In this document: in pieces, positions 23,321-32,311 of the stretch | Layout of the letters: each line of letters opens with the position of its first letter | Numbering within the stretch: position 1 is the stretch's first letter | IMG/VR virus record: IMGVR_UViG_3300042987_002978 | Coordinates: 32,001 to 96,000 of that record | DNA length: 64,000 nucleotides | Direction: 5' to 3' (one strand) | Origin: a virus | Notes under the pieces: model-generated | Told to the model about the DNA's origin: nothing | Seen by the model: only the letters and a program-made list of their open reading frames with translations | The model's database searches: none | Translations under genes and position numbers: made by a program

Positions 23321-24423
23321 GTTATGTCCATGATGCTGGTGTACACGTGTTCCCATTGCGATGCGAAAGAATCGATTGAGAAGTGCTCGGTTATTATTTC
23401 TTTGTTCAACTCCGACTCGTCGACGCGCATGTTGTAATCCATCAGTTCGTTGAAATGCGCAATCCACTCTTCGTCCGTTTTCGCTATTCTTCCCACTCCG
23501 GCGTCCGCCAGGTATTGATATTCTGGAGTATGGGACGCGACGAACGGGATTCCTGCGGCGGCATATTCAAGGCCTTTCAAATATGACTTTGCGTGGTTGA
23601 ATTCGACGTTGTTCAAAGGGACTATGCCGATATCGATGTTCTTGTAGAGTTCCGGAAGTTGCGTCATAGGAAGCATCGGCGTGGTGCTTACTTGCTTGTC
23701 GTCGATTCCAAGAAGCGAGGCGGCGCTGTCCGCCGCGGCTATGTGGCCGGAGTGGTGAAAAGTCGTGTTCTGCGATATCAGGTATTCCTTGAAGAAGGAC
23801 GACAACTGCTCTAAGTCTCTTGAACGCCACGGAGTCGCGCCAACCCAACCGATTACAGGTACGGAACGTCTGGTGTTGCGCTTGGGCCACCGACCGATGT
23901 CGATGGAGTTTCTCACCATGAACACAGGCTTTGTAGGGTGCTTTTTTGAATAAAAGTCGTACAGGAACGGCGTCGAGCAAATCAGGGCATCGGCCATTTC
24001 AATGACTTGAAAATAGATATCGCGATTGTTGTCCTTGTGAAGTTCCGGGTCGGTCTGCTGACGAGCCCTGTTCGTCTCGGGAAGATTGTCGAACCAGTCG
24101 TCTATATCAACGACCACACGGACCTTGTTCGCTTTTGCTATTTGTACCGCTATGAGGTTTGCGGCGTGCATCGGCAGTTTGAACACCAGCATTTTGTGAC
24201 CCGAATAGATACCTTCCGTCTTGTACAGAGGTGCACGTACGCGAACGCCCACCTTGCCGTCGGCGACCGATATGGTTCCGATTTGGCAGGCATGATTACG
24301 TCGAATCATTGCCATTGCCGGAAGAATGCAGCGATACCAAGTGCAGCCGTTGGGAAAAGACAGATTCTGGACTTGAGACCAGTCCTGAGAGATGAACCCG
24401 ATGCTGAGCGGCGTGGTTGGCAC
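23317..24423 (-). CDS. Glycosyltransferase (GT-B, GT4-like), paralog 1
   Basis: Same motifs as its neighbour (FNHAKSYLKGLEYAAAGIPFVAS); tandem duplicate; GTG start. Confidence 0.9.
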   Translation of the reverse strand: MPTTPLSIGFISQDWSQVQNLSFPNGCTWYRCILPAMAMIRRNHACQIGTISVADGKVGVRVRAPLYKTEGIYSGHKMLVFKLPMHAANLIAVQIAKANKVRVVVDIDDWFDNLPETNRARQQTDPELHKDNNRDIYFQVIEMADALICSTPFLYDFYSKKHPTKPVFMVRNSIDIGRWPKRNTRRSVPVIGWVGATPWRSRDLEQLSSFFKEYLISQNTTFHHSGHIAAADSAASLLGIDDKQVSTTPMLPMTQLPELYKNIDIGIVPLNNVEFNHAKSYLKGLEYAAAGIPFVASHTPEYQYLADAGVGRIAKTDEEWIAHFNELMDYNMRVDESELNKEIITEHFSIDSFASQWEHVYTSIMDIT

Positions 24424-24472
24424 GCCTATACGTTAGCGAAAATACTTGCTCAGCACCCGCAGATTATGTGTT

Positions 24473-25060
24473 TTATAGGGGCACCCAGTGGTCAAGCGAA
24501 TTCAAAGATTTTTGTATGCTGCCGTATGAATGTATGTCAAACGCAATCGTTATTCGTGGTTCATCTTTTAGGGGCTTGGATGTTTTGTGGAAATTATCGT
24601 TTGACTTTGCAAACACCAGCAACCCGTCCTTTGAGTCAACTTTTATGCGTTGACCATCATCGAACTTGTACTGAGTATTTCCTGCACTTGACTTGACACA
24701 AAAAAATCCGTGGTACGAATGCTTGCTGCCATAGTGTCTGTGCCAATCAAGTTTTTGTTTGTCTCTGTAAACATTCACCCAGCCTTGAATGTAGTATTTT
24801 TTGGACACATCAATGTCTGCCGAATAAAAGGTATCTCTTATCGCACAGTAGAGAGAATTAAGTTCTACGGACGGATAGCAAAAAACGTTGTAAAAGTCTG
24901 CCACCCGCGTGCCGAACGGGGTGTCTTCATCAATTTTGTAGTTTTGTGGTTTGTCTGAAAGCGTGCTGGCAACCAACTCTTCTATCTCCAGACATTGTTC
25001 AGAAAGTTCTCGCAGGTCAATTTCTTCCAGCAGAACAGAAACTATTTTTCTTCTTGCCAT
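24473..25060 (-). CDS. 2OG-Fe(II) oxygenase superfamily protein (HxH type)
   Basis: QGWVNVY..LDWHRH...GFFCV...DGLLVF...FHKT...RITIAFDI. Confidence 0.8.
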   Translation of the reverse strand: MARRKIVSVLLEEIDLRELSEQCLEIEELVASTLSDKPQNYKIDEDTPFGTRVADFYNVFCYPSVELNSLYCAIRDTFYSADIDVSKKYYIQGWVNVYRDKQKLDWHRHYGSKHSYHGFFCVKSSAGNTQYKFDDGQRIKVDSKDGLLVFAKSNDNFHKTSKPLKDEPRITIAFDIHSYGSIQKSLNSLDHWVPL

Positions 25061-25070
25061 ATGCTCAGTC

Positions 25071-25592
25071 TCAGAAATAGTTAAAGTTGATAACAATTCT
25101 GTATTTCGTGTTCGTGTGCGTTGTCCCAGCGTGGCTCATTGTTGCCGGGAATACAACGACTCTATTGGCAACACTTTCTACTTTTGTGCCATCCTCGAAC
25201 AATGTATATCCGTCATTCGTGTTTAAGTAGTAAATGGCAGTCTTCATTGCTGACATGACCTCAGGTTTTCGCAGCATCGTAGGATAAGCAATGTCCGTGT
25301 GCATGTCTGATACTTCTATGGTCGGTGTTGATGGTCTGAAATTTGCTTTTGCCCTGACAAGTACGTCCGACTTCAAATTGCGCAGAAGTGGGGCCAGCAC
25401 AGAGTAGTAGGGGCTCGTCTGACTGTTGTCCCTGTAGAAAATGTGGGTGAATTGAAAATCGTTCAGCGAGCGACTGGGTTTGTCTTTGTAGACTACGCTG
25501 TTGTTGTAATGCCAATTAAATTTCACGTCGGTCAGCGTCGTAAATATAGCCGAGTGTTCTTCCTTTTTGAGGAATTCGTCAATGATTTCCAC
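25071..25592 (-). CDS. 2OG-Fe(II) oxygenase superfamily protein
   Basis: IIDEFL, RAKAN, MHTD, TAIYYLNTNDGYTLF, SVANRVVVF..SHAG...RIVINFNYF; GTG start after TATACT. Confidence 0.85.
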   Translation of the reverse strand: MEIIDEFLKKEEHSAIFTTLTDVKFNWHYNNSVVYKDKPSRSLNDFQFTHIFYRDNSQTSPYYSVLAPLLRNLKSDVLVRAKANFRPSTPTIEVSDMHTDIAYPTMLRKPEVMSAMKTAIYYLNTNDGYTLFEDGTKVESVANRVVVFPATMSHAGTTHTNTKYRIVINFNYF

Positions 25593-25627
25593 GCTGCCAA
25601 GTATAGTAGAATGATACGGAGAAAAAT

Positions 25628-26302
25628 ATGTTGATTCAGCCGTACGCAATCTACGACAATTTCTTGGATGACCCAAGCGCAGTAATCAGGTCTCTTCGCT
25701 CGCAAAGGTATTACGTGCAGGGACTACCGGATACGGGACAAGTGTCGAACAATGACATACCTCTGGAAATCAACTACGGAGACGAAAGCGTCACCGGAGA
25801 CCCGAGGTTTGGTTCGCCCTACTGGAAGGGCTACAGGACCAGGGACCTGCAAGAAATAGACATGGACAGTTACAACATAATCATGAGCAAGTTGCTTGAG
25901 CACATATTCGGCTCGTTCACATTGGCACAGATTGAGTTTGACGCCGAAACACATTTCCACCTCATGACCAAAGACTTTGTTTTTACTGATACGTGGTTCC
26001 ACTCCGACGCCAGCAAATTCATTGCCGGCGTTTTGTACCTGGCAGAAGACCCTGGTCCGAACAGTGGGACGGCGCTGATGATAAACGGTGAAAAAGTCTC
26101 AATAGAAAACAAGTTCAACAGGTTGATTGTCTATAACGCTGGCTTGACGCACAGCGCAGAAGGCTGTTTCGGGGACTCGCTTGAGAACTGCAGGGCTACG
26201 TTTGTATTTTTTATCCGGAATATCTTGCTGTTCAACGACATATTGGAACAGCAGGAACCGACATCAATGGGCAATCAGCACAATTACATAGGCGGATACT
26301 GA
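25628..26302 (+). CDS. 2OG-Fe(II) oxygenase (DUF6445-like)
   Basis: IYDNFLDDP, WKGYRT, WFHSD..AGVLYL..GT, NKFNRLIVY...HSA...R..FVFF. Confidence 0.8.
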   Translation: MLIQPYAIYDNFLDDPSAVIRSLRSQRYYVQGLPDTGQVSNNDIPLEINYGDESVTGDPRFGSPYWKGYRTRDLQEIDMDSYNIIMSKLLEHIFGSFTLAQIEFDAETHFHLMTKDFVFTDTWFHSDASKFIAGVLYLAEDPGPNSGTALMINGEKVSIENKFNRLIVYNAGLTHSAEGCFGDSLENCRATFVFFIRNILLFNDILEQQEPTSMGNQHNYIGGY

Positions 26303-26309
26303 CAGGCCA

Positions 26310-28016
26310 ATGAGAATCGTAGGAATAAGTACCGCGCACGATAGTTCTGTTGCCTCATATTGCGACGGCGAAATTGAGTTCTTCATGAAAGAAGAGCGGA
26401 TTACCAAGCGCAAGAGGGACAAGAACCCATTCGCAGCCATGGTGGAAACGGCCAAATTCTTGGGCAACAAGAAAATCGACGCAGTCGCGGTATCTGCACC
26501 GCACAACACTGATGTCGACAGTTACTTGTTCGCGATAATCGATGCCGCGACAAAGATTTTCAAGACAAACAACATATACAAACTCTTCAACAGCCATCAC
26601 TTGTGCCATGCTTCGTTGGCTTTTTACAACAGTGGATTTGACAATGCTGTCGTGGTAATCGTGGACAGAAACGGCTCGAACAATCCGAATTCAAATATGC
26701 TGCTTTTCGAGTCCGAAACGGTTTTCACCGCGGAATACCCAAGTTCATTCAAGGAAATAAAGAAGAACTACTGGCTTGCGCAGCGCGGGCAAAGTTCTGA
26801 TGCGTTCCTGTTGGAACTCGTTCCCAGAGAGAAAACAAAGAGACCAGGATGTGAAATATCGTACGAGAGTTTGTACGGCATCACCAAGGTCTACGAAACT
26901 GCGACCATTCTCATAGGCGAAGGAATTCTGGAAAACGGCAAGACGATGGGACTTGCTGCATACGGGAACGAAAACCAAGATTTTCCCAATCTGTTTCTTG
27001 ACAACGGCTGTCCCAACGACTCCCTGTTCTCCTATGCGATGAGCAGTCGTGACAATACGCTTGCTGCGATATATAAAGAATACGCAGGCAAGATGACCAA
27101 AACGGTCGACAAAAACGACTATCAGTTTTATGCGGACTATGCGTATCAAGTTCAAAAGCAAACACAAGAACAGGTGGCAAAACTCATTGAGACGGCGGTA
27201 CAGCGAACAGGCATAAAGAACGTTTGCGTCTCTGGTGGTTACGGTTTGAACGTTGTTGCCAACGGCTACTACATATCGAAGTTCCCAGACGTCAATTTCT
27301 TCTTTGAGCCGCTCGCCGATGACACCGGGAACAGCATTGGCGCGGCAATGCTTGTTTATAGAGAATTGTCAAAAGACAAAACCATACGACCGTTGAAGTC
27401 GACTTTCTTCAACGGCCACGAGCCGCATATTTCAGCAGAAGAATTTGACAGGCACCCGATTTCATATGGCAAGGCAACCGTCAACGATGTTGCAAGATTG
27501 TTGGCGGACAACGCAAAACTTGCCATGTTTGCCGGCAAGGCGGAGGGCGGTCCGAGAGCGCTCGGGAACAGGTCGATTTTGTTTTACCCAAATCTTGCCG
27601 ACTCAAAAGACATCGTAAATCGAATTAAGAAACGAGAGTGGTACAGGCCGTTTGCGGCATGTGTCTTGAAAGAAGATGCCTGGGAATACTTTGACATGAT
27701 GTCGCTGACCGAAAGCCCGTACATGACCGTTTCTTTCGACTGCCGCGCCATGACAAAAGAATTGTTTCCGGGGATTGTCCATGTTGACAATTCGTGCAGA
27801 GTGCAGACGGTAGGCGAGGAGAACAAGAACCTACATTCCTTGTTGACGGCAATAAAAGAACTGACTGGTCACGGGTTGTTGTTGAATACAAGTTTCAATT
27901 TGGCCGGCAGCCCGCTGGTTGAAACTATTGACGATGCGATAAAGGTCATGATGGAATCAGAACTTGAATACATCTGGATTCCAGAACACCAGACGCTGCT
28001 AGGCAAGCAGCGATAG
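26310..28016 (+). CDS. Carbamoyltransferase (NodU/CmcH family)
   Basis: GIS.AHDSS, EERITKRK, HHLCHA..AFY.SGF, GKTMGLAAYG, SGGYGLNVVAN, GPRALGNRS, KKREWYRPFA, HVDNSCRVQT, LNTSFNLAG. Confidence 0.95.
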   Translation: MRIVGISTAHDSSVASYCDGEIEFFMKEERITKRKRDKNPFAAMVETAKFLGNKKIDAVAVSAPHNTDVDSYLFAIIDAATKIFKTNNIYKLFNSHHLCHASLAFYNSGFDNAVVVIVDRNGSNNPNSNMLLFESETVFTAEYPSSFKEIKKNYWLAQRGQSSDAFLLELVPREKTKRPGCEISYESLYGITKVYETATILIGEGILENGKTMGLAAYGNENQDFPNLFLDNGCPNDSLFSYAMSSRDNTLAAIYKEYAGKMTKTVDKNDYQFYADYAYQVQKQTQEQVAKLIETAVQRTGIKNVCVSGGYGLNVVANGYYISKFPDVNFFFEPLADDTGNSIGAAMLVYRELSKDKTIRPLKSTFFNGHEPHISAEEFDRHPISYGKATVNDVARLLADNAKLAMFAGKAEGGPRALGNRSILFYPNLADSKDIVNRIKKREWYRPFAACVLKEDAWEYFDMMSLTESPYMTVSFDCRAMTKELFPGIVHVDNSCRVQTVGEENKNLHSLLTAIKELTGHGLLLNTSFNLAGSPLVETIDDAIKVMMESELEYIWIPEHQTLLGKQR

Positions 28017-28025
28017 CCGCAAAGG

Positions 28026-28367
28026 CTATTGATTGTTGGCCGTAAAATCTCCGGTCGTTTCGTCGTAAGTCCAATTTGGCTGGACGACGTTTTTCTGGGT
28101 CGCCTGCATGTGAACGACCTTCGGGTTGGCAGCAAGGGCAGCGGCGAGTTCTGCCGCGAGTTCTTTGTGCGCAACATGGACAGCACCGACAACCCCGTCG
28201 ACGACAAGGGCAAAAAATTCATAGTCTTCTGGGTGCTCGGCAGAAGTACGCACGGCAGGAACCTCGGAATCCACGGCATCCTGGTGATAACGAATCAACT
28301 CTTCAAGAGTCAAATTCTCGATTATCGCTCGCAGTTCTTGTTCTGTGCTCGAATCTAATGCTGCCAT
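28026..28367 (-). CDS. Hypothetical 'VVDG.V...LAAAL..NP...WTY' protein, copy 2
   Basis: FALVVDGVV...ELAAALAANPKVV...PNWTYDETTGDF, matching 3049-3453. Confidence 0.7.
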   Translation of the reverse strand: MAALDSSTEQELRAIIENLTLEELIRYHQDAVDSEVPAVRTSAEHPEDYEFFALVVDGVVGAVHVAHKELAAELAAALAANPKVVHMQATQKNVVQPNWTYDETTGDFTANNQ

Positions 28368-28389
28368 GTTGACCCCTTAATAAGGTACA

Positions 28390-28554
28390 TCACCATTTGC
28401 CGATTGGACATGAGGCCAATTTCAGGCGCGTTTTTACGCGCATGAAACACTTGCACTCTTTGCATTGGCCGGTCGGCTTGAAAAAGCGAGGACAGGCCTT
28501 GCATATGTCAAGCCGCTCTTCATGAAAAGGTCGAGATTGCGTTGACCCTGTCAT
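28390..28554 (-). CDS. Small Cys-cluster protein (DUF6171-like), copy 2 (54 aa)
   Basis: Not in the ORF track; hand-translated MTGSTQSRPFHEERLDICKACPRFFKPTGQCKECKCFMRVKTRLKLASCPIGKW; ATGA overlap with the upstream stop. Confidence 0.85.
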   Translation of the reverse strand: MTGSTQSRPFHEERLDICKACPRFFKPTGQCKECKCFMRVKTRLKLASCPIGKW

Positions 28555-28865
28555 TGTCCCTCTTCGGTGCCTTCAAGTGCATCAAGATATGCAGGCCATC
28601 TGTGGTTTTCAAAAATCCAAAGGCTTTGAGTCGCATTGATGTATGAATAAATTTTTGTCGGAGGGGGATTGATGCCAGAGTCAGCGGCATCTAAAAATGC
28701 CTCGACCGCAGACCTCAATTCGCTTTTTACGTGCTCTTCAAGTGCTTCAATGAGGCTTTCATCCTTCTCGCACAATTCAACAAGTGCGTCATCGTCAGAA
28801 AGAACGATGAACTCGCCATCGTGAATGATTACCGGACCGTTTGTTGTCGAACGAATTTCAAACAT
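28551..28865 (-). CDS. Hypothetical acidic protein
   Basis: AGGA RBS and upstream TATAAT; coupled to the Cys-cluster gene. Confidence 0.7.
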   Translation of the reverse strand: MFEIRSTTNGPVIIHDGEFIVLSDDDALVELCEKDESLIEALEEHVKSELRSAVEAFLDAADSGINPPPTKIYSYINATQSLWIFENHRWPAYLDALEGTEEGQ

Positions 28866-28914
28866 TTTTCCTGCCTTTAATAAGTTATTGCATTATACCA
28901 AAATGGATGGGTTT

Positions 28915-29331
28915 TCAGCCGTTTTCTGTCGCGGCGTACGAGGGTGGATAGTTGCAAGAAGTGGATACCCTTGTGACAACGCTCGTGTTTGTTGGGCATG
29001 AATATGTCGTCGTATAGGTTGGGGAAGCCCCATAACCCCATTCTGGTCTGTGCAGGTTGGCGTTGTCACACGGTCCGCACCAGTTGGTGCAGTTACATCC
29101 ACAACCTTGACCTGCTCCGATGCACCATCCACCGCAATTTGCGCCGCCAGATGGGCAGTAACTGCCGCTTTGCCATGTCCACGCTGTTGCAGAATAATTC
29201 GCCGGGTAGTTGCAAGTCGTTCCGCTCAAAGAAACGATTGCCGTGTTGGTATTGCAGGTATAGAACACGCTCCTGCGGGACAGGCCGAATCTCCTTGCCG
29301 AGCCGCCGCCCAACTTGTTTACGAATGGCAT
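28915..29331 (-). CDS. Cys-rich putative adhesin/tip protein with 'MP..G..S.R.FG' leader
   Basis: 12 Cys in 138 aa; leader shared with Gly-rich proteins 30667 and 31443; internal duplicated C.TNT..V....CNYP..Y.AT. Confidence 0.7.
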   Translation of the reverse strand: MPFVNKLGGGSARRFGLSRRSVFYTCNTNTAIVSLSGTTCNYPANYSATAWTWQSGSYCPSGGANCGGWCIGAGQGCGCNCTNWCGPCDNANLHRPEWGYGASPTYTTTYSCPTNTSVVTRVSTSCNYPPSYAATENG

Positions 29332-29350
29332 AAGTCCCCTTGTTTAAATA

Positions 29351-30214
29351 TTAGGCGAATCGTGTCTGCGCGGCGAACACGGTGAATGTGGCAGCACCAG
29401 TCTTTACTGCGGTCATGGTGTACATATCCACCGAGTTGGCGTTTCCAGATGTCGGTGCGCCAGTAGAACCCTGCCATTCTGTCGTCACACCAGACGTCGT
29501 TCCGTTGATTTGAATCGATGTCGCGTAGTAGGGAGTCGCGCCGTTGGTGACCATGAACGACGTGGTGGCCATTTCGCCAGTGGCGAGTTTGCTGTCCAAC
29601 GTCGTGGAAGAATTCCAGCGCAGGTTGATGACAAAGTTGGCGGCCGCGTTCGACGTGTAGTAGGTGGTTCCGTTTGCGACATCAACCGCAATCGTTCCCG
29701 TTGCCGCAGTCGCAGAAATTGTGATTGGCTCGATGACCGATGTGGTCTTGACGCTGGAGAAGGTAACTTCACTTGTCGTGCCTACGGCCTGACCAATGGC
29801 AATTGACGCAGAAGAGCCTTCGCCAGGAGTATGAGTGACAGTAACGCCCGTGCCGGCAACTACGTCAGCGACATAGTTTCCGGTTGTGTCGGTACCGAGA
29901 GCGACCGAATTGGCGGCAATCGAGGCGACACCGCCGCTTGTGATTGTCAGGTCTCCGCTTACCTTGCCAAACACGTACGTCGGGATTCTGCTTGCGTCCA
30001 TTTTTCTATTGGCAGAAGCGCTAACGTCGTAAATTGGGATGTCGTCAGCGTCAACTATGTCGGCGTTGATGTCTACTGCGTTTGTAATGTCGATTCCGGC
30101 AAGGGCTGGGATGCCACTGAGCAGTCGCCAGGTGGTGCCGTCCCATTTCCAGGTTCGCTCATCGGCCACATACGTGTCATTTACCGATGGAGAGTTTGGG
30201 AAATCGATTGCCAT
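29351..30214 (-). CDS. Fibre branch/adaptor protein (FPxSP N-terminus, ...QTRFA C-terminus)
   Basis: Paralog of 32312-33277; contains the LGTDTTGNY..GTGVTVTHTPGEGSS repeat of the long fibre. Confidence 0.75.
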   Translation of the reverse strand: MAIDFPNSPSVNDTYVADERTWKWDGTTWRLLSGIPALAGIDITNAVDINADIVDADDIPIYDVSASANRKMDASRIPTYVFGKVSGDLTITSGGVASIAANSVALGTDTTGNYVADVVAGTGVTVTHTPGEGSSASIAIGQAVGTTSEVTFSSVKTTSVIEPITISATAATGTIAVDVANGTTYYTSNAAANFVINLRWNSSTTLDSKLATGEMATTSFMVTNGATPYYATSIQINGTTSGVTTEWQGSTGAPTSGNANSVDMYTMTAVKTGAATFTVFAAQTRFA

Positions 30215-30306
30215 TGTTCGCCTCCAAGTGGTCCCTGTAATTATGACATATCGACGGGGGGACTAGTTAGAAGGGAAAATCGCCCCTTGGTAATAAGGCG
30301 CAAAAA

Positions 30307-30657
30307 TCAGCCAGCGGAGACGGCGACCCATGAGGTCGTATCCTCATCCCAGCGGTATGTTTCCCCGTCGGTTGGATACGGCACCGGTGCCTGCCATCGA
30401 CAGGTTGACTCGTCAAGAATCCATGAAGCAAAACGCTTAGGGATTATGAATGCGTCTCTTTCCTGGTCATACACGCCACCGATAATTGCGTAGTTTTTCC
30501 TGAAAGAACCATTTTCGCAAGTTTCTTTCCAGGTTCCGGTCAGACCAAGAGAAGCGATAAACTGAAGGCCAATTTCTTCAGTTGGGGCATCTTCATCTGA
30601 TACAAGAATGACATTGGTTACAAAATTATTTTCGTCAAGCGAAGCGTAGTATTTCAT
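30307..30657 (-). CDS. Small fibre-associated protein (putative adhesin chaperone), paralog 2
   Basis: FRKNYAIIGGVYDQERDAFIIPK..SWILDE..C.W.APV; paralog of 33281-33649. Confidence 0.75.
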   Translation of the reverse strand: MKYYASLDENNFVTNVILVSDEDAPTEEIGLQFIASLGLTGTWKETCENGSFRKNYAIIGGVYDQERDAFIIPKRFASWILDESTCRWQAPVPYPTDGETYRWDEDTTSWVAVSAG

Positions 30658-30666
30658 GTCGTAATC

Positions 30667-31440
30667 CTACGGACGGAACCTTACGTAGACGATTCCAGAG
30701 CCGCCACTTTCGCCTCCGCTGCGCACTGCGCCGCCACCTGCCGACCAACGAGTTCCACCACCACCGCCACCAGAGTAACTTCCATTGCCAGGACCAGCAC
30801 CGTTAGAACCGCCCGCACCGTTTCCACCGTTTCTTCCAGAGGTGCCGTTACCGCCACCCATGCCGCCTTGCCCCAGCATCGGACCACCACCACCGCCGCC
30901 AGCACCACGATAAGTATGACCAGCCGGCTGACCGATGAAAGCCGAAATGTCGGTTCCGTTACCGCCATTTTGTCCTTGACCTCCACCGTTCGGGGAGCCA
31001 CCACCGTCGTTACCGCCGCCACCGCCGCCGCCAGTTGAGTTGGTTTGTGAACCAAATGTCGTAGTGCCACCATTGCCGCCGTTGCTACTAAGTGCGCCGC
31101 CACCGCCACCACCACCAATTGTGATGCTTTGATTTGATGTAAGAGTCAGAAGCAAACTTTGACGAACCTGTCCGCCACCGCCACCGCCGCCGCCGGCATC
31201 GCTACCTTCGTTGCAGCCACCTCCTCCTCCACCGCCGCCACACCATAAGACATCAAACTGCCCCGAGCGAGTGACGGTCAGGGTACCAGAACTGGTGAAT
31301 GTCAATAAAGTATATGTCTGTCCGTCGACAGTTATGGATGAGGAACTACCACCAGTGGCAGCGCCGTAAGGGTTGGGCACTGAGCGAAGAGAGCCAAACC
31401 CTCTTCCCGAAGAAGAACCGAATGTTCCAATAATAGGCAT
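30667..31440 (-). CDS. Glycine-rich (polyglycine II-type) adhesin-like protein, leader class A
   Basis: ATGG...YTLLTFTSSGT, repeated GGGGGG blocks, GGSGIVYVRF end. Confidence 0.8.
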   Translation of the reverse strand: MPIIGTFGSSSGRGFGSLRSVPNPYGAATGGSSSSITVDGQTYTLLTFTSSGTLTVTRSGQFDVLWCGGGGGGGGCNEGSDAGGGGGGGGQVRQSLLLTLTSNQSITIGGGGGGGALSSNGGNGGTTTFGSQTNSTGGGGGGGNDGGGSPNGGGQGQNGGNGTDISAFIGQPAGHTYRGAGGGGGGPMLGQGGMGGGNGTSGRNGGNGAGGSNGAGPGNGSYSGGGGGGTRWSAGGGAVRSGGESGGSGIVYVRFRP

Positions 31441-31442
31441 AG

Positions 31443-32303
31443 TTACACCACCACCAAAGAGCCGCTGCCAGTAAACGTGTGAATTGTGTACGAGCCAGAA
31501 GTAGTTTTCGAGCCGCCAGTAATTGTGTAGGCACTTGCGCTTGAGGTCAAGTAGCGAACAATTACGATTCCGGAGCCGCCGCTTAAACCGCCGCCGCCGC
31601 CACCTCCACCGCCGCCAGTGTTTGCCGCTCCTACAGTTGCTCCGTTGCCAGCATCGTAATATCCACCGTTTCCACCACCACCCGCACCACCTGCTTGACT
31701 ACTCGGGTCTTGACTGGCTCCACCACCACCACCGGCACGAGTTACAGAAGAGCCTGTTATGGAAGATGCCCTACCAGAGCCACCTCCACTTGTTCCTCCA
31801 CCTGCAGCGGCACCACCTCCACCACCGGCTGCATCCGCACCGTTTCCGTTTCCACCACCATAACCTTGACTTGCAGTGCCGCCAAATCCGCCAGTTGCGC
31901 CTGAAGATGCACCGCCACCGCCGGAACCACCAGTACCACCGCCACCGCCGTTTCTACGACCGCCACCGCCACCCGTAGAAGTTATCGTATGAAAAACGGA
32001 GTTGGAACCGTTACCTCCTTCTGCACCACCTCCACCACCGACGGTGACCGTGTAAGTGCCGGCACCGAGAGAAAGAGCCGCTTCTGCGGCTGCGCCACCG
32101 CCCGAAGTTTCGCCGGAGACTGACGACCTATAACCACCTCCGCCACCTCCGCCGCCGTAAGCACCTATTCCTGTGTCGTTTCGGTTTCCACCGCCGCCAC
32201 CGGCAACGACAAGATATTCAACGCTGAACAGCGGTCTTGCAAAGACTCGTAATCCACCGAACCCTCTTGTTGAGGAAGAACAGAACGTTCCTGAAAGCGG
32301 CAT
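31443..32303 (-). CDS. Glycine-rich adhesin-like protein, leader class A
   Basis: VEYLVVAGGGG, GGYRSSV, SSITGSSVTRAGGGGG, GSGIVIVRY, YTIHTFTGSG. Confidence 0.8.
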   Translation of the reverse strand: MPLSGTFCSSSTRGFGGLRVFARPLFSVEYLVVAGGGGGNRNDTGIGAYGGGGGGGGYRSSVSGETSGGGAAAEAALSLGAGTYTVTVGGGGGAEGGNGSNSVFHTITSTGGGGGRRNGGGGGTGGSGGGGASSGATGGFGGTASQGYGGGNGNGADAAGGGGGAAAGGGTSGGGSGRASSITGSSVTRAGGGGGASQDPSSQAGGAGGGGNGGYYDAGNGATVGAANTGGGGGGGGGGLSGGSGIVIVRYLTSSASAYTITGGSKTTSGSYTIHTFTGSGSLVVV

Positions 32304-32311
32304 AGTTATTC

